64,000 bases of DNA from Candidatus Aminicenantes bacterium UBA6072 (GTDB taxonomy: Bacteria > Acidobacteriota > Aminicenantia > UBA2199), in assembly GCA_002436105.1 (NCBI GenBank), contig DIXU01000017.1:26015-90014 (forward strand). Direction: 5' to 3'. The stretch's first letter is position 1; each line of letters starts with the position of its first letter. Below, piece by piece: positions 19,829-28,885 of the stretch. A program made the translations under genes and the position numbers. Below the pieces are notes generated by a model, which did not search any database, was not told the DNA's origin, and saw only the letters and a list, made by a program, of their open reading frames with translations.

Positions 19829-20421
19829 GACCTCGACCGCGTGTACGTCGCGGTGAGCACCGACACGCTGCCGGCCCGGCCGGCGAAGAGCAGGACGGCG
19901 GTCGCCGCCTTCAGAGTCTCGCCCGAGCGAAAGAGGTCGTCGAAAAGCAGCAAGTGCATGCCGGCGTAGCGTTGGTCGGCGACGGCAAAGGCTCCGTCCA
20001 GCTCCGAGCGGCGCTCGCGCGTATCCTCCATGTTCTTCAGCGCCGGCGTGGCCTTGGCCTTCAGCAGGTAGTCGTCGGGGGCGGGCAGGGAGAGCCCGGC
20101 GCCGATGGCCACCGCCAGCTCCGCGACGGGCTGGAATGCGCGATCCATGTTCGACGGCGGCACCGGCAGCACGGCGCGGATGCCGGCGAACTCGAGCCGG
20201 TTGCGGACGAAATCCGCCGCGGCGCGGGCGATGGGCTCGAGCTGGCCCCGATCCAGGCGGTATTTCAGGCGGTAGAGCGCCTCGCCGATCTCGCTGCGCT
20301 CGGTCGCGAAACGGTCGTACTTCGAGCGTTCGCCGTCCCCCGAGCGGCTGCTGAGCGTGTGCCGGTCGAGGGCCCAGCCATGGGCCCAGTTGCCGTAGAT
20401 CGGTTTGGGATTCAGTTCCAT
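19825..20421 (-). CDS. ComF/GntX-like phosphoribosyltransferase-domain protein (no zinc finger)
   Basis: PRTase motif LLLFDDLFRSGETLKAA near the C-terminus. Start MELNPKPIYG. Translationally coupled to dprA. The N-terminal Cys4 finger of canonical ComFC is absent. Confidence 0.6.
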   Translation of the reverse strand: MELNPKPIYGNWAHGWALDRHTLSSRSGDGERSKYDRFATERSEIGEALYRLKYRLDRGQLEPIARAAADFVRNRLEFAGIRAVLPVPPSNMDRAFQPVAELAVAIGAGLSLPAPDDYLLKAKATPALKNMEDTRERRSELDGAFAVADQRYAGMHLLLFDDLFRSGETLKAATAVLLFAGRAGSVSVLTATYTRSRS

Positions 20422-20589
20422 CTTGTCGCCAGGGATACATGATAATGGAATCGCTGCCGGGTGACAAGCGAGGGGGAACGGAAAGGAGAAGGCGATCGGT
20501 GCGAGGCGCAGGGCGACCGGTTCAGGGCCAGGGGGAAACATGGTCATGGCGGAAGGATGGAGGCGATTGGAAAAGACAAGCCAGGCCGG

Positions 20590-20898
20590 CTAATCTTCCA
20601 GCTGCACCTTGATTCCGCCGGTGATCGTTGTTACCAGGTTGAACAGGGCCGCGCCGATGAGGCCGGTGACAAAGCCGATCACGGCGTACATGACGGGCAG
20701 GATGATCAGCGCCGCCATGCCCAGGCCGGCACCGAAGGCGGGCAGGGCTTCGCTTCCTTCGATGAAGCGGCCGGCGAAAGCCTGCCAGAGGAAGCCGAAA
20801 AAGGCGATCATGACGCCGACCAGCAGGCCGACCATGGCCAGCAGCACGGTCTGGAACTTGGCGAACGACAGCACGTCGATCTTCTTCAATGTCTTCAT
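20590..20898 (-). CDS. small integral membrane protein (hypothetical, 3 TM)
   Basis: 102 aa. Three hydrophobic helices with Gly-zipper-like segments. No family recognised. Confidence 0.5.
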   Translation of the reverse strand: MKTLKKIDVLSFAKFQTVLLAMVGLLVGVMIAFFGFLWQAFAGRFIEGSEALPAFGAGLGMAALIILPVMYAVIGFVTGLIGAALFNLVTTITGGIKVQLED

Positions 20899-21026
20899 TT
20901 CAATTCCTCCTCGATGAAGTGAAACAAAAGGACCGCGGCGGCGTACGGCGAAGCGGATATCGCGAACGACTTCGGGGAAAATGACTGCGGCCGTTCGCCG
21001 GGTTCATTTCGCTGCGGCATGGAACC

Positions 21027-21743
21027 TCATTTTACAAAGCGATTGAAGGCCCGTTCTGCCCCGATGGTCGTCGCCGGGCCGTGGCCGGGAAGAACCCGGG
21101 TCAGCGGGGGCAAAGGCAGGAGGCGCTTGCGGATACTGTCGATTTCCAGCTGCAGGCTCGCCCGGCGCTGCCGGGGCGTACCGCCGTGGCCCTTGCCGAT
21201 GCCACCGGCAAAAAGGGTATCGCCGGAAAATAGTATGTTTCCCATCCTGAGGCAGACGCTCCCCGGTGAATGCCCGGGCGTGCGGATGATCTCGACCTCC
21301 AGCCCGCCCAGCCGCAGGCGGCCATCCTCGGGATAATCGCTGAAAACGATCGCCGGGCCGGTGGTTTTCGCCGCCAGGGAGTGGTCGGCGCGGTGCAGGT
21401 AAAAAATTGTCTCCAGCCTGGCGGCGATGTAGGCGTTGCCGCCGACATGGTCGAAATGGCCGTGGGTGTTCAGGACGGCCAGCACGCGGAGCCCCTGCTT
21501 CTGGACGAAGTCCAGCAGCCCCGGGGCGGGGGCGCCGGGATCGATGACCAGCGCCTGCCTTGTGCCGGGGTCCCAGGCCAGGTAGCAGTTCATCTCCCAG
21601 CCGCCGTCCAGGGGCAGGGCAAAGGCCTTGACTTGCGGGCCGGCCGCCGCTTCCTCGAAGAACCCGAGAGCGGGGTCGGTTTGGGCCGCGAGGCCCGCTT
21701 CCAGGAAGCCCAGGAGCGGAACGATCCACAATAACCGCATCAT
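21027..21743 (-). CDS. MBL-fold metallo-hydrolase (hydroxyacylglutathione hydrolase-like), secreted
   Basis: HGHFDHVGG metal-binding motif and TPGHSPGS. Signal peptide from MMRLLWIVPLLGFLEA. The ORF-track N-terminal extension is rejected. Confidence 0.75.
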   Translation of the reverse strand: MMRLLWIVPLLGFLEAGLAAQTDPALGFFEEAAAGPQVKAFALPLDGGWEMNCYLAWDPGTRQALVIDPGAPAPGLLDFVQKQGLRVLAVLNTHGHFDHVGGNAYIAARLETIFYLHRADHSLAAKTTGPAIVFSDYPEDGRLRLGGLEVEIIRTPGHSPGSVCLRMGNILFSGDTLFAGGIGKGHGGTPRQRRASLQLEIDSIRKRLLPLPPLTRVLPGHGPATTIGAERAFNRFVK

Positions 21744-22258
21744 GGCAGGTATGTACCACGGCGGCGCCCGGTTGTCAAAAAATGGAATCGACCGGGCACT
21801 TGAAAAACGACCCATGAATCGTGAGGCGATATTTTGGCCGAGCTGTTGTCCGTTTCTGTGCACTTCCGCTTTTGACCTTTCACCATGCTGGCTGCCGTCC
21901 ACCGCCGGCCATGCGCTGCAAGCCAGGCTCGAATCTTCCCGGTCCGTTGCATTTTCATCCCCGTCCTCCTACAATACAGCCATGGACGAAAACAACAAGA
22001 ACTTCTTCTGGGGCGTGCTCCTCGGCGCCGTGGCGGCGGCTTTGGCCGGAGCCGTGGCATTGTCCAGATCGTTCCGCGGGTCCAAGGACGGCGCGAAGAC
22101 ATTCGCGCCTGCCGCAGGGAGAAAAGGCGGGCCGGCTCCGCGCCGTTCCAGGTCGTCAACGGGCCCGGCGAAAAAAAACGTCCGCCGCAAGGCCTAGCCG
22201 GAAAGCACCGCAACGGCCGGGCGGCGGGATAATTTCATTCAAAAAACTCTGACCGTCA

Positions 22259-22288
22259 TTAACCCTTTGGCCGCCGGGGCCGTATTAT
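22259..22288 (+). promoter_or_regulatory. possible promoter of the tricorn-like gene (TTAACC-18-TATTAT)
   Basis: Weak -35, good -10, 43 nt upstream of ATG 22332. Confidence 0.3.
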
Positions 22289-22331
22289 GGACAATGGCTC
22301 CGAAAACCACATCACTTCTTGGAGGACACCC

Positions 22332-25300
22332 ATGAGACCATCCATCAACAAGGCCCTGAGATCATTCTGCGCTGCGTTCCTTTTCGCCTGGATCCTGGGG
22401 GCGCTGCCGCTCCCGGCGCAGGACCAGCCCCTGTGGCTGCGTTACCCGGCGATCTCCCCCGACGGTTCCAGCATTCTCTTCTGCTACCAGGGCGACATCT
22501 ACAAGGTGCCCGCCGCCGGCGGCCAGGCCGTGCCCCTGACCATCGGCGAATCCCACGAGTTCGCCCCGGTCTGGAGCCACGACGGCCGAACCATCGCCTT
22601 CGCCTCCGACCGCCACGGCAGCTTCGACGTCTTCGTCGTTTCCGCCGCCGGCGGCGAAGCCCGGCGCCTGACCTTTCATTCGCGCAACGATATCCCCAGC
22701 GGCTTCAGCGCCGACGACCGGAGCGTCCTTTTCAACCAGGTGCGCAAGGACCTGGCCAGCGACGCCCAGTTCCCGACCCCGGCCCTGCCGGAGCTCTACA
22801 GCGTCCCGGTGCAGGGCGGCGAGATCGCGCTGGTCCTGACCCACGCGGCGATCGCGGCCAAGGTCAGCCCGGACGGCAACAGGATCATCTACCACGACCA
22901 GAAGGGCTACGAAAGCGACTGGCGCAAGCATCACACATCCGCCGTGACCCGCGACATCTGGGTCCATGACCTGAAGGCCAACAAGTATACCCGACTCACC
23001 TCGTTCAATGGCGAGGACCGCAATCCCGTGTTCGCCGCCAACGGCGACGATTTCTACTACCTGAGCGAGCAGAGCGGATCGTTCAACATCCGCAGGAGCT
23101 CGCTGAGCAAGCCGGCGGAATCCCTCGCCCTGACCCACTTCACGAAAAATCCCGTCCGCTTCCTGAGCCGCGCCGATACCGGCCGCCTCTGCTTCGGGTA
23201 TGACGGCGAGATCTACACCCTCGATGCCGGGGCCATGCCGCACCGGGTCGACGTGCGCATCGCGCAGGACGGCCGGCAGGTCCTGGCCAAGCCCGTTCCG
23301 GTCGCCGGCGGCATCACGCAGATGCGCCTTTCGCCCAACGGCAAGGAGATCGCCTACGTCTTCCGCGGCGAGATCTTCGTCGGCAGCGTCGAGGGCGGCG
23401 TCGGCAAGCGCATCACCCATACTCCCGGGCAGGAGCGCAGCGTGAGCTTCAGCCCCGACGGCCGCAGCCTGGTCTACGCGGCCGAGCGCGACAACAACTG
23501 GAACGTTTACACCACCTCGATCGCGCGCAAGGAAGAGCCGTACTTTTACGCCGCCACCCTCCTCAAGGAGGAGCCGCTGGTGGCGACCGCGGCCGAGGAG
23601 TTCCAGCCCGAGTTCTCGCCCGATGGCAAGGAGGTGGCCTACATCGAGGACCGGGTCGTGCTCAGGGTGATCAACCTGGCCTCGCGGCAGACGCGGACGA
23701 TCCTGCCCGCCGAGCACAACTATTCCTATGCCGACGGCGACCAGGACTATGCCTGGAGCCCCGACGGCAAGTGGTTCCTGGTGCAGTTCGGCTACGTCCG
23801 CCTGTTCACCGCCCAGGTCGGGCTGGTCGCCAGCGACGGCAAGGGACAGGTCGTCAACCTGACCCGGAGCGGCTTTGACAGCATCGGCGCCCGCTGGGGC
23901 ATGGACGGCGCCATGATGTTCTACGGCTCCACGCGCGACGGCGCGGCCAATGTTTCCGGCTCGCCGGTGACCTACGACATCTACGGCATGTTCTTTACCC
24001 GCGAGGCCCATGACCGCTTCCTGCTCTCCAAGCCCGATTTCGCCCTGCTGAAGGAACAGGAGGACAAGGTCGCGAAGGACAAGGAGAAAGCCGGGGACAA
24101 AAAGGCGGCGACCGCCCGGGACGAGCCGAAGAAGGACATCGTCATCGAGCTGGCGGGCCTGGACCAGCGCAAGGTCCGGTTCACCGTCCGTTCCGCCGAT
24201 ATCGCCGGCGCCGCGCTCAGCCGGGACGGAGAGAAGCTCTTCTACCTGGCCCGGTTCGAGAAGGGCTACGACCTGTGGCAGGCCGAGCTGCGTGCGAAAG
24301 AGACTAAGCTTTTGACCAAGCTCAACGCCGAGCGGGCGGCCATGGAACTTAGCGCCGACGGCAAGGCCCTGTTCGTGCTGGCCGAAGGCAGGGTCAGCAA
24401 GATCGACCCCGAGAGCGGCAAGGCCGAGCCCGTCGCCATCGGCAATGAAATGTTCCTCGATGCCGGCGCCGAAAAGGCCTACATGTTCGATCACATGTGG
24501 CGGCAGATCCGGCAGAAGTTCCTGGTCGCCGACCTCTACGGCGCCGACTGGGATTTCTACCATGCGACCTATCGCAAGTTCCTCCCCTTCATCAACAACA
24601 ACTACGACTATGCCGAGATGGTCAGCGAGATGCTCGGAGAGCTGAACGCCTCACACACCGGATGCTACTACTCCCCGCCGCGCGCGCCCGAGGCCGATGC
24701 CACCGCCTCCCTGGGATTTTTCCGCGACTACGTCCACGCGAGCCCGGGCATCCGCATCGCGGAGATCCTGCCCGGCGGCCCGCTCGACAAGGCCGCCCTG
24801 CGCATCCGCGCCGGCCACGTGATCGAGAAGATCGACGGCGCGGCCCTGGACGGCAGCTTTGACCACGACCGGCTGTTGAACCGCAAGGCCGGCCAGCTCA
24901 CCCTGCTCTCGGTGTTCGATCCGGCCGCGAAGCAGCGCTGGGAAGAGACGGTCAAGCCCATTGCCCTGAACGAGGAGGCGCCGCTGGTGTACCGCCGCTG
25001 GGTGCGCGCCCGCCGCGCCGAAGTCGAGCGTCTCTCCGGCGGCCGCATCGGCTACGTCCACGTGCGCGGCATGAACGACGCCAGCATGCGCACTGTGATC
25101 GAGGAGGTGCTCGGCCTGAGCATCGACAAGGAAGCACTGATCGTCGACACGCGCTTCAACGGCGGCGGCAACCTCCATGACCAGCTGGCCGACTTCCTCG
25201 CCGGCAGGAAGGTCTTCGACATCGTCCCCCGCGGCCAGCTCGTCGGCTACGAACCCTACGACAAGTGGATCAAGCCCTCCATCGTCGTGATGGGAGAGGG

Positions 25301-25595
25301 CAATTACTCCGACGCCCACCTGTTCCCGGTGGAATACAAGATCCGCGGCATCGGCAAGACGCTGGGAATGCCCGTGCCCGGCACGGGGACGTTCGTCTGG
25401 TGGGAACAGCAGATCGACCCGACCCTGCGCTTCGGCATCCCCCAGGGCGGCTGGCGCACCCCGGAGGGTATACTCTGCGAGAACAACCAGCTCGAGCCCG
25501 ATATCCCGGTCAGGAACGATCCCGACGTCCTGGCGCTCGGGCGCGACCAACAGATCGAGGCGGCAGTAGCAGAGCTGTTGAAAGAAAAGAAGTGA
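22332..25595 (+). CDS. tricorn-protease homolog (TolB-like beta-propellers, PDZ, S41 C-terminal peptidase)
   Basis: ~1090 aa. Signal peptide. Repeated PD40/WD-like blades (SPDG…, IAF/YxS). C-terminal S41-like catalytic region. GGAGG RBS before ATG at 22332. Confidence 0.65.
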   Translation: MRPSINKALRSFCAAFLFAWILGALPLPAQDQPLWLRYPAISPDGSSILFCYQGDIYKVPAAGGQAVPLTIGESHEFAPVWSHDGRTIAFASDRHGSFDVFVVSAAGGEARRLTFHSRNDIPSGFSADDRSVLFNQVRKDLASDAQFPTPALPELYSVPVQGGEIALVLTHAAIAAKVSPDGNRIIYHDQKGYESDWRKHHTSAVTRDIWVHDLKANKYTRLTSFNGEDRNPVFAANGDDFYYLSEQSGSFNIRRSSLSKPAESLALTHFTKNPVRFLSRADTGRLCFGYDGEIYTLDAGAMPHRVDVRIAQDGRQVLAKPVPVAGGITQMRLSPNGKEIAYVFRGEIFVGSVEGGVGKRITHTPGQERSVSFSPDGRSLVYAAERDNNWNVYTTSIARKEEPYFYAATLLKEEPLVATAAEEFQPEFSPDGKEVAYIEDRVVLRVINLASRQTRTILPAEHNYSYADGDQDYAWSPDGKWFLVQFGYVRLFTAQVGLVASDGKGQVVNLTRSGFDSIGARWGMDGAMMFYGSTRDGAANVSGSPVTYDIYGMFFTREAHDRFLLSKPDFALLKEQEDKVAKDKEKAGDKKAATARDEPKKDIVIELAGLDQRKVRFTVRSADIAGAALSRDGEKLFYLARFEKGYDLWQAELRAKETKLLTKLNAERAAMELSADGKALFVLAEGRVSKIDPESGKAEPVAIGNEMFLDAGAEKAYMFDHMWRQIRQKFLVADLYGADWDFYHATYRKFLPFINNNYDYAEMVSEMLGELNASHTGCYYSPPRAPEADATASLGFFRDYVHASPGIRIAEILPGGPLDKAALRIRAGHVIEKIDGAALDGSFDHDRLLNRKAGQLTLLSVFDPAAKQRWEETVKPIALNEEAPLVYRRWVRARRAEVERLSGGRIGYVHVRGMNDASMRTVIEEVLGLSIDKEALIVDTRFNGGGNLHDQLADFLAGRKVFDIVPRGQLVGYEPYDKWIKPSIVVMGEGNYSDAHLFPVEYKIRGIGKTLGMPVPGTGTFVWWEQQIDPTLRFGIPQGGWRTPEGILCENNQLEPDIPVRNDPDVLALGRDQQIEAAVAELLKEKK

Positions 25596-25750
25596 AGACC
25601 TAAGTGACGAGTGACAAGTGACGAGGAACAGCCTGGTTCGAGTTCTTGCGGCTTTCTTCCCTTGTCCCTTGTTGCTTGGCACTTGTCACCAGGATTAGTC
25701 CCGATCAGGCGCTGGGTTGCCAATCGTTCTGCCGCCGGCTAGAATGAGCC
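25596..25750. repeat. repeat island C: AAGTGAC heptamer array with partial inverted partner
   Basis: taAGTGACgAGTGACaAGTGACgag at 25601-25625. Inverted cttGTCACc / ttgtcccttgttgc downstream. Confidence 0.7.
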
Positions 25751-26551
25751 ATGGAAAGAAAGCCCCTGGACGGCGGCATGCTATTCTTTGATGCCCGGGA
25801 CAATGAGGCGGCCGAATGGATGGGCGCCGCCGCCGAGGAGTCGCAGCGCCTGGCCCGCGAACTCTGGGGACTGGCGCCGCGGGGCGAGTTCCAGGTACAC
25901 GCCATGACCTCGTGGGCCGGATTTCTCTTCGCCGCCGCTCCCGGGGCTTGGCGCCCTTGGCTGCTCCTCACCCTGCCCCTGTGGGTCTCCCGGGTCACAA
26001 AGACCTGGAGAATGGCCGGAGGCTGGACGCAGCGCTTCGGCAGCAGGGTGGCGGTGGGTGTCAAGCCGCCGCGCCTGCTTCTGGCCGCCGACCGCTCCCT
26101 GGGCAAGCGGCTTTTCCTGTCCGAGCCCGACGTGCAGGGCAAGGTGCGGCAGATCACCTGGCACGAGACGGTCCATGCCTGCTCGCTCCATCACAAGCTC
26201 CCTGCCTGGCTGAATGAGGGGCTGGCCATGTTTGCCGTCGACCGGCTCGCAGGCATGCCGACCGTCCGTCCCGAGACCCTGTCCTGGATGACAACGGCCA
26301 ATGCCTCCGGCGGGCGCCGCTATCCCGCCCACTCCCATGACCGGGCCGGGACCTTTCTGCGTCTCTATGCCCAGGGATATTGGCGGGTACGTTTCCTGGA
26401 AGAGACGCGCCCGGGGCTGCTAAAGGAGCTCCTGTCGGCGAAATACGATTCAGACGAGTGGCTGCGGTCATTCGCCAAGGCCTGCGGGCTTGGTGATGGC
26501 GCCGGCTGGGCGGAAGTGGACCTGTCTGTGGCCAGGCACTTCGAGCAATAG
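25751..26551 (+). CDS. peptidase-MA-like zinc metalloprotease (HExxH…NEGLA)
   Basis: HETVH followed by LNEGLAMF, matching the gluzincin-like Peptidase_MA_2 motif pair. Confidence 0.5.
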   Translation: MERKPLDGGMLFFDARDNEAAEWMGAAAEESQRLARELWGLAPRGEFQVHAMTSWAGFLFAAAPGAWRPWLLLTLPLWVSRVTKTWRMAGGWTQRFGSRVAVGVKPPRLLLAADRSLGKRLFLSEPDVQGKVRQITWHETVHACSLHHKLPAWLNEGLAMFAVDRLAGMPTVRPETLSWMTTANASGGRRYPAHSHDRAGTFLRLYAQGYWRVRFLEETRPGLLKELLSAKYDSDEWLRSFAKACGLGDGAGWAEVDLSVARHFEQ

Positions 26552-26892
26552 CACCCGGTGTGCGTCGCGCGGCTTAAGGCATTAGGTGGAATTCCTTTCT
26601 TCCCTTAAACCGTAAGCCTTCTACCTTAAACCGATTCCTTTCATTTCCTACTGACACTGTCACTAACATTTCCCCGGGCAGGGACTTTGACCCAAACAAA
26701 AAAGTTGAAGAGTTAAAGAGTTCAAGAGTTGAAGGGTTCAGGCAGGGCCCAATCAAGGGCTGCTAACCCATCAACCCTTCTACTCTTCTACCCATCAACA
26801 ATCGCTTGTTCTTTGCTTTGAAAACCGTCGACCGTCAACCGATTTCTAGTACAGCCAATGACGCTGATACCGTTACTGGCACTTACTGCACG
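26552..26892. repeat. repeat island D (core 26634-26820), inverted partner of island B
   Basis: The reverse complement matches island B core almost base-for-base. Flanked on both sides by direct copies of the CTTAAACCG…AACCGATT(C/T)C module. Confidence 0.85.
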
Positions 26893-27975
26893 CTATGGCA
26901 ACTGCAATTCCTGCCGCAACAGCCTATGCAGCCGCCGGCGCACGACGTTGAAATCCTCCTTCTTCACCCTCGGGTGGACGCGGTTGCTGAGGATGATCCA
27001 CTGGCGCTCGCCCTCCGCCTCCAGCCACAGCGACGTGCCGGTGAAGCCGTTGTGCCCCACGGCAGCGGGCGGAAGGGCCCGGCCCGCCGAAGTGCGCGGG
27101 GTGGAGTTCAGCTGGAAACCCAGGCTGCGGCCGGCGCCCAGGCCGGGAGTCAGGTCGCGCCAGAAGAGGGCGACGGTCTCCGCCTTGAGCAGGGTGGCGG
27201 CGGCGGGGAAGAATTCCCTCCCCAGCCGGAAGAGGTCGCGGGCGCTGGCAAAGAGTCCGGAGTTGCCCGCGCTGCCGCCGGCGTAGAAGGAATTGGCGTC
27301 GTGGGTCTCGCCGCGGATCAGTCCGCAGCGCCAGCGGAAGCGGGCCGCAGCCGCGCCATGACCGATGCGGCACAGCCCCTTCTCGTAGCGGTTGCCGACC
27401 TCGGTGGGCGCGCAGCGCGCCTGCAGCCCGGGCGGCGATCCCAGGAAGGCTGCCCGCAATCGCAACGGCTCGAAGATCACCCGCGAGGCCAGCTCCGGGA
27501 AACGGGCGCCGGATACCTTTTCCAACAGGTGCTTCAACAGGATGTAGCCGACGTCGGAATAGGCCACCCGCGTCCCCGGGGCGGCGGCGTCGCAGAGCGG
27601 CGCCGCCTGGGCCGGGTCGTCGAGGGGGCGGTAGAGGTAGAAAGGATGCCAGGGCCGCAGCCCGGCACTGTGGGTCAGAAGCTGCCCCAGGGTGACCGGC
27701 AGCTCCCGCAGCTCCGGCAGGAAGCGGCGCGCCTCGTCCTCCAGCCGCCATTGCCCCCTTTCCAGGAAATGGGCGGCCAGGAATGCGGTGACCAGGGGCT
27801 TGGTCAGCGAGGCCAGGTCGTAGAGGGTATCGCAATCCAGCGGCTCGGGGTCGGGCCAGGAGGCGCGCCTGCCGAAGCAGCGCTCGTACAGGACGCGCTC
27901 GCCGGCGGCGGCCAGGATGGACACGCCCGGAAAGGTCCTTCTCTCGATCTGGCTCCGGATGAAAGGCTCAAGCAT
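26893..27975 (-). CDS. serine hydrolase, beta-lactamase/PBP (class C-like) family
   Basis: S-x-x-K motif (SLTKP) and class-C-like downstream motifs. Overlaps the upstream gene stop by 8 nt (ATGCTTGA). Confidence 0.75.
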   Translation of the reverse strand: MLEPFIRSQIERRTFPGVSILAAAGERVLYERCFGRRASWPDPEPLDCDTLYDLASLTKPLVTAFLAAHFLERGQWRLEDEARRFLPELRELPVTLGQLLTHSAGLRPWHPFYLYRPLDDPAQAAPLCDAAAPGTRVAYSDVGYILLKHLLEKVSGARFPELASRVIFEPLRLRAAFLGSPPGLQARCAPTEVGNRYEKGLCRIGHGAAAARFRWRCGLIRGETHDANSFYAGGSAGNSGLFASARDLFRLGREFFPAAATLLKAETVALFWRDLTPGLGAGRSLGFQLNSTPRTSAGRALPPAAVGHNGFTGTSLWLEAEGERQWIILSNRVHPRVKKEDFNVVRRRLHRLLRQELQLP

Positions 27976-28885
27976 CCGCGTGGGCCTGCAGCGCGGCGGA
28001 GATGTCCAGGGCCAGCTCGAGCGCCGCCCGGCCGTCGCGGCCGCTGACGACGAAATCGCCCTCGCCGGCGACGGTGCGCCGGAAATTCTGCCACAGGCTG
28101 GCCAGAGGCTCGATGTCCTCGATGCGCGGGTATTCCTCGACGATCCGCCCCTCGCGCAGCTGGAACATCTTCACGCTGCGCTCCTTGTAATCCACGGAGA
28201 GATACAGGTTTTTCTGGAACAGGCGCAGCTTGCGCGTCTTTTCCTGGGAAACGCGGCTGGCGGTCACGTTGGCCACCAGGCCGGAATGGAACTCCAGGCG
28301 CACGTTGGCGATGTCGATCCGGCGCGAGATGATCGGCACGCCGCTGGCGCGGATCTCCCGCACTCCGGAGCGGTCCCACTGCAGGATGATGTCCAGGTCG
28401 TGGATCATCAGGTCCATGATGACGTCAATATCCAGCGAGCGCGGCGAAAAGGAGCCCAGGCGCTGCACCTCGATGAACAGGGGGCTGGCGACCAGCCGCC
28501 CGGCATACTCCACCGCCGGGTTGAAGCGCTCCAGGTGGCCCACGGCCAGCACCAGCCGGTTCGCCGCGGCCAGGGCGATCAGCTCATCGGCTTCGGCCAG
28601 CGTGCGGCTGATCGGCTTCTCGACCATGACGTGCTTGCCGTTCTCCAGGAAGAGGCGGCAAAGGGCGAAATGCTCCAGGGTCGGCGCCGCCACGATGACG
28701 GCATCCACAAGCGGCAGGGCCTGGCAGGGTTCCTGCAACAGGGGAATGCCGTAGGACATGGCGTTCTTCTCCAGGTTCGCCGCCAGGACGTCGACGGCGC
28801 AGGTCAGCTGCAATCCGGGAGATTTCGCCAGCACGCGCAAGTGATTGGCGCCCATGGCGCCGGTCCCGATTACGCCGATTCTCAT
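27968..28885 (-). CDS. Gfo/Idh/MocA-family NAD-dependent oxidoreductase (GnnA-like candidate)
   Basis: MRIGVIGTGAMGANH Rossmann N-terminus, EKP motif and the GFO_IDH_MocA C-terminal domain. Start overlaps the lpxI stop (ATGA). The 526-aa ORF-track form is a GC-rich extension. Confidence 0.8.
   Translation of the reverse strand: MRIGVIGTGAMGANHLRVLAKSPGLQLTCAVDVLAANLEKNAMSYGIPLLQEPCQALPLVDAVIVAAPTLEHFALCRLFLENGKHVMVEKPISRTLAEADELIALAAANRLVLAVGHLERFNPAVEYAGRLVASPLFIEVQRLGSFSPRSLDIDVIMDLMIHDLDIILQWDRSGVREIRASGVPIISRRIDIANVRLEFHSGLVANVTASRVSQEKTRKLRLFQKNLYLSVDYKERSVKMFQLREGRIVEEYPRIEDIEPLASLWQNFRRTVAGEGDFVVSGRDGRAALELALDISAALQAHADA

Noticed and set aside
18878-20467. 529-aa version of dprA; 344-aa version of dtd (34657..35691); 526-aa version of the Gfo/Idh/MocA gene (27968..29548); 851-aa version of the last permease
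   Set aside because: The N-terminal extensions are Arg/Pro/Gly-rich and overlap the upstream gene. Internal ATGs coincide with conserved family N-termini and with ATGA stop/start coupling.
18495-26860. Interpreting the inverted-repeat-bounded 7.9-kb block as a composite transposon or genomic island
   Set aside because: No transposase, integrase or recombinase is recognisable. I see no obvious GC shift (unmeasured). The cargo consists of conserved chromosomal genes (dprA, tricorn protease). A repeat-mediated invertible segment is more parsimonious.
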